A program made the position numbers and the translations under genes. From Clostridia bacterium (GTDB lineage Bacteria; Bacillota; Clostridia; Oscillospirales; Ruminococcaceae): DNA of 64,000 nucleotides. This document shows positions 1 to 8,752 of this stretch, piece after piece (position 1 is the first letter of the stretch; each line of letters opens with the position of its first letter). Below the pieces are notes generated by a model that did not search any database, had not been told where the DNA came from, and saw only the letters and a program-made list of their open reading frames with translations. The stretch spans positions 159 through 64,158 of the forward strand of contig RZZW01000011.1 in assembly GCA_009929695.1 (NCBI GenBank), read 5' to 3'.

Positions 1-65
1 TAAATCCGCCGCTGTGGCGGTTTGAGGGCAATTTTAAAGGTTTATAATTTCAGATGATAATTTGA

Positions 66-1454
66 TTATTTGCTTTTAATATACTCATCAATCGCTTTTG
101 CGGCTTGTTTGCCGGCGCCCATTGCCAAAATTACTGTGGCTGCTCCGGTTACGGCGTCGCCGCCGGCGTAGACGGCGGGGCGGGTGGTTAGGCCGTCGTC
201 GCCGTTTGTTACTATGCAGCCGTGCTTATTTGTTTCAAGTCCGGGGGTTGTCGAGCGGATAAGCGGGTTCGGGCTTGTGCCGATTGACATTATCATGCAG
301 TCGATATCGAGTGTGAACTCGCTGTTTTCCTTGACAATCGGACGGCGGCGGCCGCTTGCGTCGGGCTCGCCGAGGGTCATTTCGACACATTTCATGCCGC
401 AGACATAGCCCTTTTCGTCGCCGAGAACCTCTGTTGGGTTGCAGAGCGTTTTGAAGATGATGCCCTCCTCCTCGGCGTGCTCGACCTCCTCTTTACGTGC
501 GGGGAGCTCTTCCATGCCGCGGCGGTAGACTATGTAAACCTCGTCTGCGCCCATGCGCTTTGCGCTGCGCGCGGCGTCCATTGCGACGTTGCCGCCGCCG
601 ACTACTGCGACGCGCTTTGCGTGCATTACAGGCGTATTTGTGCCCTCTTTGTAGGCCTTCATCAAATTTATTCTCGTCAAAAATTCGTTTGCGGAATAAA
701 CGCCGTTAAGGCTTTCGCCGGGGATATTCATAAATCTTGGCAGACCTGCGCCTGAGCCGATGAATACGGCTTCTGCGCCGTCGTCGAAGATTTCGTCGAT
801 TGTGATTGTTTTGCCGACGACTACGTTTGTCTCAACGTCAACGCCGATTGCTTTGAGGCCGTCGACCTCGTTTTGAACGATTGCTTTGGGCAGACGGAAC
901 TCGGGTATGCCGTAGCTTAAAACGCCGCCCGCGACGTGAAGCGCTTCGTACACAGTGACCTTATAGCCCATTTTGGCTAAATCGCCCGCTGCTGTAAGTC
1001 CGCTTGGGCCTGAGCCGATGACGGCTACCTTATGTCCGTTTTGCGTTGGCATGGCGGGCTTTTCTGCTCCGTGCTCGCGGTGATAATCGGCGACAAAGCG
1101 CTCTAAACGGCCTATGCCGACGCTCTCTGCCTTGATGCCACGAACGCATTTGCCCTCGCACTGGCTCTCCTGCGGGCAGACGCGTCCGCACACGGCGGGC
1201 AGGCTGCTTTGAGCGTGCAATACGGCGTATGCGCCCTCGATATCCTCTGCGGCAACCTTGCCGACGAACGCGGGAATGTCTATCTTCACAGGGCAGCCTG
1301 ACACACAGGGCTTGTTTTTGCAGTTGAGGCAGCGTTTTGCCTCTTCGACTGCCATTTCGTATGTGTAGCCGAGAGCTACCTCGCTGAAGTTTTTATTTCT
1401 AACATCCGGCTCTTGAACAGGCATCGGACATTTATTGGGGGTCATGTTTGGCAT
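66..1454 (-). CDS. nfnB: NfnB-type NADPH-dependent oxidoreductase (GltD-like, homotetrameric glutamate synthase family)
   Basis: 462-aa ORF. N-terminal Cys clusters (CLNCKNKPCVSGCP and CGRVCPQESQCEGKC) fit two 4Fe-4S sites. Dinucleotide fold VAVIGSGPSGLTAAGDLA. Sits downstream of an NfnA-like gene. Confidence 0.85.
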   Translation of the reverse strand: MPNMTPNKCPMPVQEPDVRNKNFSEVALGYTYEMAVEEAKRCLNCKNKPCVSGCPVKIDIPAFVGKVAAEDIEGAYAVLHAQSSLPAVCGRVCPQESQCEGKCVRGIKAESVGIGRLERFVADYHREHGAEKPAMPTQNGHKVAVIGSGPSGLTAAGDLAKMGYKVTVYEALHVAGGVLSYGIPEFRLPKAIVQNEVDGLKAIGVDVETNVVVGKTITIDEIFDDGAEAVFIGSGAGLPRFMNIPGESLNGVYSANEFLTRINLMKAYKEGTNTPVMHAKRVAVVGGGNVAMDAARSAKRMGADEVYIVYRRGMEELPARKEEVEHAEEEGIIFKTLCNPTEVLGDEKGYVCGMKCVEMTLGEPDASGRRRPIVKENSEFTLDIDCMIMSIGTSPNPLIRSTTPGLETNKHGCIVTNGDDGLTTRPAVYAGGDAVTGAATVILAMGAGKQAAKAIDEYIKSK

Positions 1455-1490
1455 TTGTGTGACGTCTCCTTTTTAAATTTTAAGGTAATT

Positions 1491-1621
1491 GCGGACGAGC
1501 GAAGCTCGCCCCTACAATTGTAATTGCATCGCCGTTAGTTTGGGTGAAGCTGCGCGGGTCGTCGAGGACTCTGGCCCCTACGCACCTTGCAAGAATGTAG
1601 GGACGCCATATATGGCGTCCG
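1491..1621. repeat. Three GTAGGG-headed hairpin units (REP-like) between nfnA and nfnB
   Basis: gcggacgagcgaagctcgcccctaca (1491-1516), gggtcgtcgaggactctggcccctacg (1556-1582) and tgtagggacgccatatatggcgtccg (1596-1621). The same unit types recur at 4525, 22150, 29026, 38346 and 49222. Confidence 0.85.
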
Positions 1622-1633
1622 AAGTTGCAGGTT

Positions 1634-2467
1634 TTATTTATTTAATAAATTGCATGTCGCTTCGCGGGCGTGGGCTTCAAAGTCTTTGTACATTGAGCCG
1701 CGGTGCATGGCTTCGTCGAAGTCGACTAAATGGCCGTCGAAATCGGGGCCGTCTACGCAGGCGAATTTTGTTTCGCCGCCGACTGTAAGGCGGCAGCCGC
1801 CGCACATGCCTGTGCCGTCTATCATGATTGGGTTCATGGAGACTATTGTTTTTACGTTATATTTTTTTGTTGTTGCGCAGACGAATTTCATCATTATGAC
1901 AGGCCCTATTGTGATGACCTCGTCGTAATTTTCGCCGTCGTTTATAAGCTTTTCGAGCGCGTTTGTGACAAGACCCTTTTCGCCGTGGCTGCCGTCGTCT
2001 GTCATCATGACAAGCTTGTCGGAGACAGCGGCGAAATCGTCCTCTAAAATCACCAAATCTTTATTGCGGAAGCCGACGATTGAGTGAACTATTGTGCCTT
2101 GCTCGTGAAGTGCCTTTGCGATTGGGAACGCGATTGCGCAGCCAACGCCGCCGCCTACTACGGCGACCTTTTTAAGCCCCTCAATATGCGTTGCGGTGCC
2201 GAGAGGGCCGACGAAATCGCAGATATATTCGCCCTCGTTAAGAGCGTCGAGCGCCATTGTTGAAGCGCCGACTATCTGATAAATTATCGTGACTGTGCCC
2301 TTTTCGCGGTCATAATCAGCGATGGTGAGCGGCACGCGCTCGCCGTCCTCGGTTGCTCTGAAGATGATGAACTGACCCGGCTTCGCCTTTTTTGCCACTA
2401 GTGGCGCTTCGACAACCATCTTTGTGACGGTTGGGTTAAGGCTTATTTTTGAAACTATTTTATACAT
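1634..2467 (-). CDS. nfnA: NfnA-type ferredoxin-NADP+ reductase subunit (FAD / 2Fe-2S, PyrK/SudB-like)
   Basis: 277-aa ORF with the C-terminal DGTGMCGGCR 2Fe-2S motif and a PyrK-like FAD/NAD fold pattern. Paired with the GltD-like subunit. Confidence 0.85.
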   Translation of the reverse strand: MYKIVSKISLNPTVTKMVVEAPLVAKKAKPGQFIIFRATEDGERVPLTIADYDREKGTVTIIYQIVGASTMALDALNEGEYICDFVGPLGTATHIEGLKKVAVVGGGVGCAIAFPIAKALHEQGTIVHSIVGFRNKDLVILEDDFAAVSDKLVMMTDDGSHGEKGLVTNALEKLINDGENYDEVITIGPVIMMKFVCATTKKYNVKTIVSMNPIMIDGTGMCGGCRLTVGGETKFACVDGPDFDGHLVDFDEAMHRGSMYKDFEAHAREATCNLLNK

Positions 2468-2490
2468 TTCCCTGCTCCTTTGAAATTGGA

Positions 2491-3762
2491 TTACTTTATT
2501 GCGTCAAAGCCTGCTTGCAAATCTTCGATGATATCGTCGATGTGCTCAAGCCCGACGGAAAGTCTGATTAATCCCGGCGTGATGCCGCAGGCGACAAGCT
2601 GCTCGTCTGTTAGCTGACGGTGTGTGCTTGACGCGGGGTGCAAAACGCAGGTGGCGATGTCGGCAACGTGCACGACGTTATTTGCGAGCTTTAGGCTGTC
2701 CATAAATTTGACGGCAACCTCGCGCCCGCCCTTTATGCTGAACGAAATTACGCCGCTTGCGCCGTTTGGAAGATATTTTTGCGCAAGCTCGTAATAGGTG
2801 TTGTTTTTAAGCGTTGGATAATTGACAAACTCGACACACGGCTGTGCGGCGAGGAACTCGGCGGCTTTTTCGGCGTTGCGGCAATAGCGCTCCATGCGGA
2901 CGGCTAGTGTTTCAAGCCCTAAATTGAGATAAAACGCCGCTTGTGCACCGGGATACATGCCGAAATCGCGCATGAGCTGAACGCGCGCCTTTGTGATGTA
3001 AGCGGCTTTGCCGAACGACTTTGTGTAGGTCAAGCCGTGGTAGCTTTCGTCGGGGGTGCAAAGGCAATCAAACTTGCCGTTATCCCAGTCGAAATTGCCG
3101 CTGTCAACGACTACACCGCCGACCTGTATGGCGTGACCGTCCATATATTTTGTTGTTGAATGTGTGATTATATCTGCGCCGAACTCAAACGGACGGCACA
3201 TCACCGGCGTTGCGAACGTGTTGTCGATGATCAGCGGCACGCCATTTTTATGGGCGACGCGGGCAAATTTTTCGATATCTAAAACGTCGATTGACGGGTT
3301 TGCGATTGTCTCGCCGAACATCGCTTTTGTGTTTGGCTTGAACGCCTTTTGAAGTTCATCCTCGCTTGCGTTTTGGTTAACAAATGTCACGTCGATGCCA
3401 AAGCGGCGCAGTGTGACGTTGAAGAGGTTAATTGTGCCGCCGTAGATTGTTGACGAGCAGACAAAGTGGTCGCCTGCTTCAAGAATATTTGCGATTGACA
3501 AAAAGCTTGCGGCCTGACCACTTGTTGTGCAAAGCGCGCCCACGCCGCCCTCAAGCGCCGCGATTTTTTCTTCAACCGCCGCGACGGTGGGGTTAGAAAT
3601 ACGCGAGTACATATGGCCGTCGACCGATAAATCAAACAGCTTGCCGATGTGCTCTGTAGAGTCGTAGGTATATGTGGTGCTTTGGTAAATAGGCAGCGCC
3701 TTGGGCTCGCCGTTTTTAGGCTGATAGCCCTCGTGGAGACATTTTGTTTCGATGTGAGACAT
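2491..3762 (-). CDS. metY: O-acetylhomoserine sulfhydrylase (PLP-dependent Cys/Met metabolism family), paralogue 1
   Basis: 423-aa ORF with conserved SxTKYxxGH PLP-lysine region (HSTTKYMDGH) and the family-typical C-terminal LIRLSVGLEHIDDII. Second paralogue at 30203..31486. Confidence 0.85.
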   Translation of the reverse strand: MSHIETKCLHEGYQPKNGEPKALPIYQSTTYTYDSTEHIGKLFDLSVDGHMYSRISNPTVAAVEEKIAALEGGVGALCTTSGQAASFLSIANILEAGDHFVCSSTIYGGTINLFNVTLRRFGIDVTFVNQNASEDELQKAFKPNTKAMFGETIANPSIDVLDIEKFARVAHKNGVPLIIDNTFATPVMCRPFEFGADIITHSTTKYMDGHAIQVGGVVVDSGNFDWDNGKFDCLCTPDESYHGLTYTKSFGKAAYITKARVQLMRDFGMYPGAQAAFYLNLGLETLAVRMERYCRNAEKAAEFLAAQPCVEFVNYPTLKNNTYYELAQKYLPNGASGVISFSIKGGREVAVKFMDSLKLANNVVHVADIATCVLHPASSTHRQLTDEQLVACGITPGLIRLSVGLEHIDDIIEDLQAGFDAIK

Positions 3763-3787
3763 ACTTCTTTCTTCTTTCTTCTTTCTT

Positions 3788-4300
3788 CTATTTTCTTTGT
3801 AAAACCGTCCCCGACTCCACTTTTGCCTGCGGGGGGACGATATTATTTGCTTTTATAATTGCGCCGGGGGCTATGTGGCAGCAGACGCCGAGCGTGCAGT
3901 CGTGGTCTATGAGCGCGCCGATGTTTATTATGCTGCCGTCCTCTACCTTTGTGTTTGTGTTTATGACGGCGTTTGGCAGCACTATTACGCCGAAGCCTAT
4001 GTCTGCCGAGGGACTTATGTAGGCGTGCGGGTGTATCATAGTGGGGACGAAATAGCCTGCGTCGTGAAGCTCCTTCATCCATGCGTAGCGCAGTGAGTTG
4101 TCGCCGAACGCGGGGTATGCGTCGGAAAATTCCGAAATAAGGCTCTCGCGACGGTATGCGCCGCAGTGGGCTATAACGTCATCGGCGTCGAGCGCGCCGT
4201 CGTCGAGAAAGGCTATGTGGTCGTAATCTCCAAGTGATATCGCAAGCTCGCGCACGGTGCGTCCAAAGCCGCCCGCGCCGAGAATAAGCAGACTTTTCAC
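3788..4300 (-). CDS. NeuD/PglB-type left-handed beta-helix (hexapeptide) acetyltransferase
   Basis: N-terminal LLILGAGGFGR Rossmann-like motif followed by hexapeptide-repeat-like C-terminus. The ORF opens at 4372, but GTG at 4300 preceded by AAGGGAAG is the more plausible start. Confidence 0.65.
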   Translation of the reverse strand: MKSLLILGAGGFGRTVRELAISLGDYDHIAFLDDGALDADDVIAHCGAYRRESLISEFSDAYPAFGDNSLRYAWMKELHDAGYFVPTMIHPHAYISPSADIGFGVIVLPNAVINTNTKVEDGSIINIGALIDHDCTLGVCCHIAPGAIIKANNIVPPQAKVESGTVLQRK

Positions 4301-4524
4301 GATGTCGCTTCCCTTCACAAATGCATATGTTATACGTTTTTTATTATAGCATAAACTATTTGAAAATTCCACTTTAAGCCTTAATTATACAATTTTAGTA
4401 GCATTTCACAATTCTTTTTATTATATAAGGTAAAAATTTGTAGGCATTCAAAGTACTTTTTCGGTCAAAACTATTTAAAAATTTTGTAAATTTGATATAC
4501 TTAAGATATTTACAGCCGCGCAGA

Positions 4525-4602
4525 ACGTAGGGACGCCATATATGGCGTCCGCATGGCTTTGCGTGAATTATCGGCTTCGGACGCCATGTATGGCGTCCCT
4601 AC
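4525..4602. repeat. REPIN-like inverted doublet of GTAGGG hairpins, just upstream of potA
   Basis: cgtagggacgccatatatggcgtccg (4525-4550) and cggacgccatgtatggcgtccctaca (4577-4602) are inverted copies, separated by a 26-nt spacer. Confidence 0.85.
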
Positions 4603-4639
4603 ATTAAACCCTGCATGGGTTTAAAACGAAAGGTAAGAA

Positions 4640-5716
4640 ATGGCGGAAACTATACTTAAATTGGATCACATAACAAAGACGTTTGGCGACACGCAGGTTT
4701 TGAGTGATATAAACCTTGAAGTTCAGCGCGGGGAATTTATAACGCTGCTCGGGTCGTCCGGCTGCGGCAAAACGACGACGCTGCGCATTATCGCGGGGCT
4801 CGAAACACCCGACGGCGGCACTGTTATGCTCGGCGGCAAGGACGTTACAAATGAAGAGCCGAACAAGCGCAACGTCAACACGGTTTTTCAGAGCTACGCG
4901 CTTTTTCCGCACATGACTGTCGCGCAGAACGTCGCGTACAGCTTAAAGCTTAAAAAGGTGGACAAGGCGACTATACAAAAAGAGGTTGCATCCGTGCTGA
5001 CACTTGTGCAACTTGAGGGCTATGACGACCGTATGCCGTCTGAGCTTTCGGGCGGGCAGCGCCAGCGCGTGGCGATTGCGCGCGCGATTGTCAACAAGCC
5101 GCACGTGCTTTTGCTTGATGAGCCGCTCGGCGCGCTTGATTTGCAGCTTCGCCGCCAGATGCAGCTTGAATTAAAGCACCTGCAAAAAAAGCTTGATATG
5201 ACCTTTATATACATCACGCACGACCAGGAAGAGGCGCTTAACATGTCCACGCGCATAGCCGTTATGCGCGACGGGCTTTTTGAGCAGATTGGCACTGCGG
5301 CGGAGATTTACAACCGCCCGAAAACGGCGTATGTGGCGAAATTTGTGGGCAGTGCAAACATTGTAAACGGCGTTGTCAAGGCGCAAAACGGCAGCGCGCT
5401 GACGGTTGAAGTGGCGGGCGGCGAGGCCGAGGCGTTTGCTTTTGACGAAAAATATGAAGGCGGGCAGAAAATCTGTCTCGCCGTGCGCAGCGAGCACGTG
5501 CTTATACACCACTGCGAAAACGAGCCGCAGGGGCTGTGCGCCGTTGTGACGGAGAAATCTTTCGCGGGCGGAATGCTGCGCATTGTGTTTAAGCTTGAGG
5601 ACGGCACGACGCTCGTCGCGAGCAGACACGGCATCGACATCGACTTTTCCGTGGGCGACAAAGCCTGCGTGGGCTGGGCGGCTGAAAACGCCGTGCCGGT
5701 GGAGGCTGACGAATGA
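4640..5716 (+). CDS. potA: Spermidine/putrescine ABC transporter ATP-binding protein
   Basis: Walker A GSSGCGKTT, signature LSGGQRQRV, Walker B LLLDEP and a PotA-type C-terminal TOBE-like domain. First gene of a potABCD-ordered operon. Confidence 0.9.
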   Translation: MAETILKLDHITKTFGDTQVLSDINLEVQRGEFITLLGSSGCGKTTTLRIIAGLETPDGGTVMLGGKDVTNEEPNKRNVNTVFQSYALFPHMTVAQNVAYSLKLKKVDKATIQKEVASVLTLVQLEGYDDRMPSELSGGQRQRVAIARAIVNKPHVLLLDEPLGALDLQLRRQMQLELKHLQKKLDMTFIYITHDQEEALNMSTRIAVMRDGLFEQIGTAAEIYNRPKTAYVAKFVGSANIVNGVVKAQNGSALTVEVAGGEAEAFAFDEKYEGGQKICLAVRSEHVLIHHCENEPQGLCAVVTEKSFAGGMLRIVFKLEDGTTLVASRHGIDIDFSVGDKACVGWAAENAVPVEADE

Positions 5717-6579
5717 AGAAAAAGTCCCTTCGCAAAAACGGCAGCTCGTGGCTGATGCTGCTGCCGCTTTACATCTTTACGCTTTTATTTGTGCTTGGGC
5801 CGCTTGTTTACATGGTGGTGCTTAGCTTTAAAATGCGCGCTGATGTTTGGGGCGTGCTTGATATTTTTACGCTTTCAAACTACAAAAATATATTTGAGCC
5901 TGTTTATTTAAACACGTTTTTGCAGTCGTTTAAGCTCGCGTTTACATCGACTGTGCTCATTGCTCTGATAGGCTATCCGTTTGGATATTTTATGGCGAAG
6001 CTGTCGGCGGCGTGGAAAAAGCGCATGATGATTGTGCTTATGATTCCGTTTTGGACGAACAGCCTCATACGCCTTTATGGGTGGATTATCATTTTCCGTG
6101 CCAACGGCTCGCTTGATAAAATACTCATGGGAACAGGCATAACAAGCGCACCATTAAAGCTTTTGTACACATACCCCGCAGTTGTTGTGGGCATGGTGTA
6201 TGCGCTTTTGCAGTTTATGATTTTGGCCGTGTATTCAAGCGCCGAAAAGATGGACTGGAGCCTTGTTGAAGCCGCGCGCGACCTCGGCGCAACCTCGTGG
6301 AAGGCGTTTACTTCGGTGACGCTTAAAATGACGCTGCCGGGGCTTATGTCGGGCATTATACTGACGTTTATCCCGTCGATGGGCTTATTTTTCATCGCGG
6401 ATATCCTCGGTGGAAACAAGGTAGTGCTTGTCGGCAGCCTGATACAAGACCAGCTTATGAAGGCGCACAACTGGCCGTTTGCCGCGGCGTTAAGCGTAGT
6501 TTTAATGATAATGACAACGCTGATGATTTCGCTTTATAAAAAGCTGACTAACACGACGGAACTGGAGGGCTTGCTGTGA
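5713..6579 (+). CDS. potB: Spermidine/putrescine ABC transporter permease
   Basis: 288-aa multi-TM protein with an EAA-type loop (EAARDLGATSWKAF). Overlaps the potA stop by 4 nt. Confidence 0.85.
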   Translation: MKKKSLRKNGSSWLMLLPLYIFTLLFVLGPLVYMVVLSFKMRADVWGVLDIFTLSNYKNIFEPVYLNTFLQSFKLAFTSTVLIALIGYPFGYFMAKLSAAWKKRMMIVLMIPFWTNSLIRLYGWIIIFRANGSLDKILMGTGITSAPLKLLYTYPAVVVGMVYALLQFMILAVYSSAEKMDWSLVEAARDLGATSWKAFTSVTLKMTLPGLMSGIILTFIPSMGLFFIADILGGNKVVLVGSLIQDQLMKAHNWPFAAALSVVLMIMTTLMISLYKKLTNTTELEGLL

Positions 6580-6738
6580 AATTCTTTCACAGCAAGCTCC
6601 TCGCGGGGCGATGCGCAGTGACATACGCGCTTGCGCGCTCCGTCCCTTATGCGCAAAAATCATCTTATCATTCTGCTGATTTGTGTGATAAGATGAGTGC
6701 TTCTTTTTAATTTATCCCAACACAAAGCAGCAGAATGG

Positions 6739-7560
6739 ATGATTTTAGTGAAAAACCGTACAAAGCTCCCCAATATTTACATCGGAATTGTATCTGTGAT
6801 AATGTATCTGCCCATACTGCTTGTGATAATATACTCGTTTAACGAGAGCAAGATAAGCAGTGTTTGGGGCGGGTTTTCGCTCAAATGGTACGAGACGCTT
6901 TTCAAGAACAGGGCGATGTTTGAGGCGCTTTTAAACAGCGTTATACTCGCCGTGTCATCGGGCGCGCTTGCCGCCGCAATAGGCACAAGCGCCGCTGTTG
7001 GCTTCACGCGCATAAAGCCGAAGAGCAAGGGCGCAATTGAGTATTTATCAATGCTGCCGATGATGACGCCGGAGATTATTCTCGGAATGGTGTTCATGGT
7101 GTTTTTCTCGCTTTTGGGGCTTCCGTTTGGCATGTTGACGCTTATTTTAGCGCACACGGCGTTTTGCATACCGTATATATACATGCTTGTAAAGGCAAGG
7201 CTTGTCGATATGGACAAGAGCATCTTAGAGGCGGCGCGCGATCTTGGCGCAAACGAGTATCATGTATTTTTTGACATAACTCTGCCGCAGCTTATACCCG
7301 CGATTATTTCGGGTATGCTTTTAAGCTTTGCAATGAGCTTTGACGACGTTATAATAAGCCTGTTTGTGACGGGCGTAAACGTCAACACGCTGCCGATAAA
7401 GGTATACACGCAGATGAAAACAGGCGTTACGCCTGAAATTAACGCGCTGTGTACGCTAATGCTTTGCGTGACCGTAATTTTGGTGTTGCTTTCGAGCGTT
7501 ATTAGTAAACCCAAGCGCTCAAAAGTTAAACATAGAGAGGATTTGGAGGTAACCAAATGA
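6739..7560 (+). CDS. potC: Spermidine/putrescine ABC transporter permease
   Basis: Multi-TM protein with the EAARDLGANEYHVF loop. The ORF opens at 6697, but ATG 6739 (MILVKNRTK...) gives the usual basic N-terminus. Confidence 0.85.
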   Translation: MILVKNRTKLPNIYIGIVSVIMYLPILLVIIYSFNESKISSVWGGFSLKWYETLFKNRAMFEALLNSVILAVSSGALAAAIGTSAAVGFTRIKPKSKGAIEYLSMLPMMTPEIILGMVFMVFFSLLGLPFGMLTLILAHTAFCIPYIYMLVKARLVDMDKSILEAARDLGANEYHVFFDITLPQLIPAIISGMLLSFAMSFDDVIISLFVTGVNVNTLPIKVYTQMKTGVTPEINALCTLMLCVTVILVLLSSVISKPKRSKVKHREDLEVTK

Positions 7561-8660
7561 AAAAAATTCTTGCAATCACACTGACACTTGCACTGGCTGT
7601 ATCAGCTTTTGCAGGCTGCGGCGCGGCATCATCGTCAGCCGCTGTATCGACAACGACACAATCAGCTTCAACCGCTTCGGCGGCAGGCAGCACAGAGCTT
7701 AATCTGTACACATGGGAGGGCATGTTCCCGCAGGAGGTGCTTGACGGCTTCACGGCAGAGACAGGCATCAAGGTAAACTATTCAAGCTTTGACACAGACG
7801 AGACAATGCTCGCGAAGCTTGAAACGTCAAAGGGCGGCGACTACGACCTCGTTATAGCTGACGATTACATCATCGAGACAGCTATCGCGGAGGGACTTGT
7901 CACAGAGCTTGACAAATCGCTTATTTCAAACATCGGCAACATCAACCCTGTGTATCAAGGTCAGTTCTTTGACCCTGAGGACGCATACACTGTCCCCTAC
8001 GGCGCGGGCGTGCAGACAATCGTCTACAACCCCACAGTTATCACTAAAGAGATAAATGGCTATGCCGATTTATGGGACGCGTCACTCGCGGACAGCATCG
8101 GTATCATCGGCAACTACCGCGTTATCGACGGCATGGCGCTTAAAGTCCTCGGCGAAAGCTACAACACAACCGACACCGCCACAATCGAAAAAGCTGGCGC
8201 AAAGCTGCTTGAGCTTGCACCGAACATTCGTCTTATAAAGGACGACAACCTGCAGGACGACCTTATCTCGGGCGAGATAAACGCCGCCGTAATGTACACA
8301 AGCCAGGTGACAGCCGCCTGCCTTGCAAACCCTGATTTGAAGGTTGTATATCCGTCTGAGGGCATCGGCTTTGGCGTGATGGCACAGTTTATTCCGTCAA
8401 ACGCGCCGCATTCAGACGCGGCATATGCGTTCATCGACTATATTTTGAAGCCCGAGGTTTCAAAAACATGCTTTGAGGCGCTTGGCTACTACTGCACAAA
8501 CAAAGCCGCCGACGAGCTTATCGACGACGCGTACAAATCATTCCTCACACTGCCGTCAGACTTTAGCGGCGAGACAGAGATGATTCAAAACATTGCAGCC
8601 GAAGCAGACGAAGCACATGTTAAAGTGTGGACAGAATTTAAGTCTGCCTGCGGACAATAA
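7557..8660 (+). CDS. potD: Spermidine/putrescine-binding lipoprotein (ABC substrate-binding protein)
   Basis: Signal peptide plus lipobox (LAVSAFAGC), a Ser/Thr/Ala linker and PotD-family length. Overlaps the potC stop and ends in TAA followed by a hairpin. Confidence 0.85.
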   Translation: MKKILAITLTLALAVSAFAGCGAASSSAAVSTTTQSASTASAAGSTELNLYTWEGMFPQEVLDGFTAETGIKVNYSSFDTDETMLAKLETSKGGDYDLVIADDYIIETAIAEGLVTELDKSLISNIGNINPVYQGQFFDPEDAYTVPYGAGVQTIVYNPTVITKEINGYADLWDASLADSIGIIGNYRVIDGMALKVLGESYNTTDTATIEKAGAKLLELAPNIRLIKDDNLQDDLISGEINAAVMYTSQVTAACLANPDLKVVYPSEGIGFGVMAQFIPSNAPHSDAAYAFIDYILKPEVSKTCFEALGYYCTNKAADELIDDAYKSFLTLPSDFSGETEMIQNIAAEADEAHVKVWTEFKSACGQ

Positions 8661-8683
8661 ACCTATCGCTTTCCAAAACATTT

Positions 8684-8725
8684 CCCTGCCAAAAGTTTAA
8701 CGCTTTTGGCAGGGAAGATTATTAT
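8684..8725 (+). terminator. Hairpin terminator candidate after potD
   Basis: ccctgccaaaag (8684-8695) pairs with cttttggcaggg (8702-8713). It is followed by an A/T-rich tail with only a weak T-run. Confidence 0.5.
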
Positions 8726-8752
8726 TTAAAGAAAAAATAAGGGGGCTTATTT

